Of a DNA stretch of 64,000 nucleotides, positions 63,340 to 64,000 are shown piece after piece. The first letter of the stretch is position 1. Every line of letters begins with the position of its first letter. The position numbers and the translations under genes are program-made. Below the pieces are notes generated by a model that searched no databases, was not told the origin of the DNA, and worked only from the letters and a program-made list of their open reading frames with translations. Source of the DNA: Camelus dromedarius (Eukaryota); assembly GCF_036321535.1 (NCBI RefSeq), contig NC_087436.1:29886001-29950000 (forward strand). The letters run 5' to 3'.

Positions 63340-64000
63340 TATAACTGTTCATTTGTATCTATCAAGATAGTTACTCTTTCCATTGCTCTTTGTTTAAATG
63401 AAATTGTGTGTTTTCTGAAATAATTATTTTTCTTCTACATGAAGAAATCCTTTTAGTAAATTTTAATGAAAATGTTTAATTATTTGTCTTATTTGAAAGT
63501 TTTTAAATTTTCTCTTCAATTTAGCTCTTTTAAACAATTTATAAATTTAAACTTCTTTTCTTTTGTTTAAAAATAAGACCTCAGTCTATTTGGGAGTCCT
63601 TTTAAGTCAGCATATCTTCATTTCTCCTCTGCTCTCCCTCACTCTGTCCTCCAATTTAGTTTAAAAACTTTGTCTTTGTTAATTTTTTTTAACAAATCAA
63701 AGGCATATTAAGGAACACCTCATGTTTTTTACCTTTATACTTTTTCTTTGGCTTTCACAGAACTTACTGGGTCTGTGAATGGATTTCTAATAAATTTTGG
63801 AAATTTCTTAGCCATCATTTGTTTATTACTTTTGCAACATTCTCTCACTTTTTTCTTTCCAGGCCACCAAATACACTTATCTTAGGCCTTTTTCCATTAG
63901 TGTCTACCATTTTTTAATTTTTACAATTCTGTTCTCTTTGTGCATTTCAATTTGGTAATTTTCTGTCAACATACTTTCTCATTCACCAGTACTGTCTTGT
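63340..64000 (-). mobile_element. Ancient L1 antisense remnant (continuation of host)
   Basis: 'aaattttggaaatttcttagccat', 'ttctctttgtgcatttcaatttggtaattttctgt'. Confidence 0.6.

Noticed and set aside
1..64000. CRISPR arrays, operons, tRNA/rRNA or other prokaryotic-type systems
   Set aside because: The sequence is mammalian repeat-rich DNA. No regularly spaced repeat-spacer array or structured RNA gene was seen.

Overview
AT-rich, CpG-depleted eutherian DNA that looks intergenic or deep intronic. I find no protein-coding gene, RNA gene or supportable exon. Roughly half the window is recognisable interspersed repeat: MIR/L2 relics, old and younger LINE-1 pieces, MaLR (MLT1) and ERV1 LTRs, hAT DNA-transposon relics and microsatellites. 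The listed ORFs are short and mostly repeat-derived or spurious. No Alu, Bov-tA/CHR, PRE1, ERE or Can-SINE was seen, and the style of the younger L1 3' UTRs suggests a camelid-like cetartiodactyl (inference). Three structures stand out. (1) A MER41-like ERV1 copy at 1466-4232 has the form of an L1-mobilised processed ERV transcript: 3' LTR cut at the poly(A) site, poly(A) tail, 5' truncation inside pro, and a 9-bp candidate TSD. (2) A ~110-bp, ~95% identical inverted duplication lies 6.3 kb apart (33251-33359 / 39683-39792). (3) One TSD-bounded L1 insertion (61746-63311) carries two different 3' UTRs in tandem. I could not support a new gene system. Repeat family names come from recalled consensus motifs, not a database search, and boundaries of old elements are approximate.
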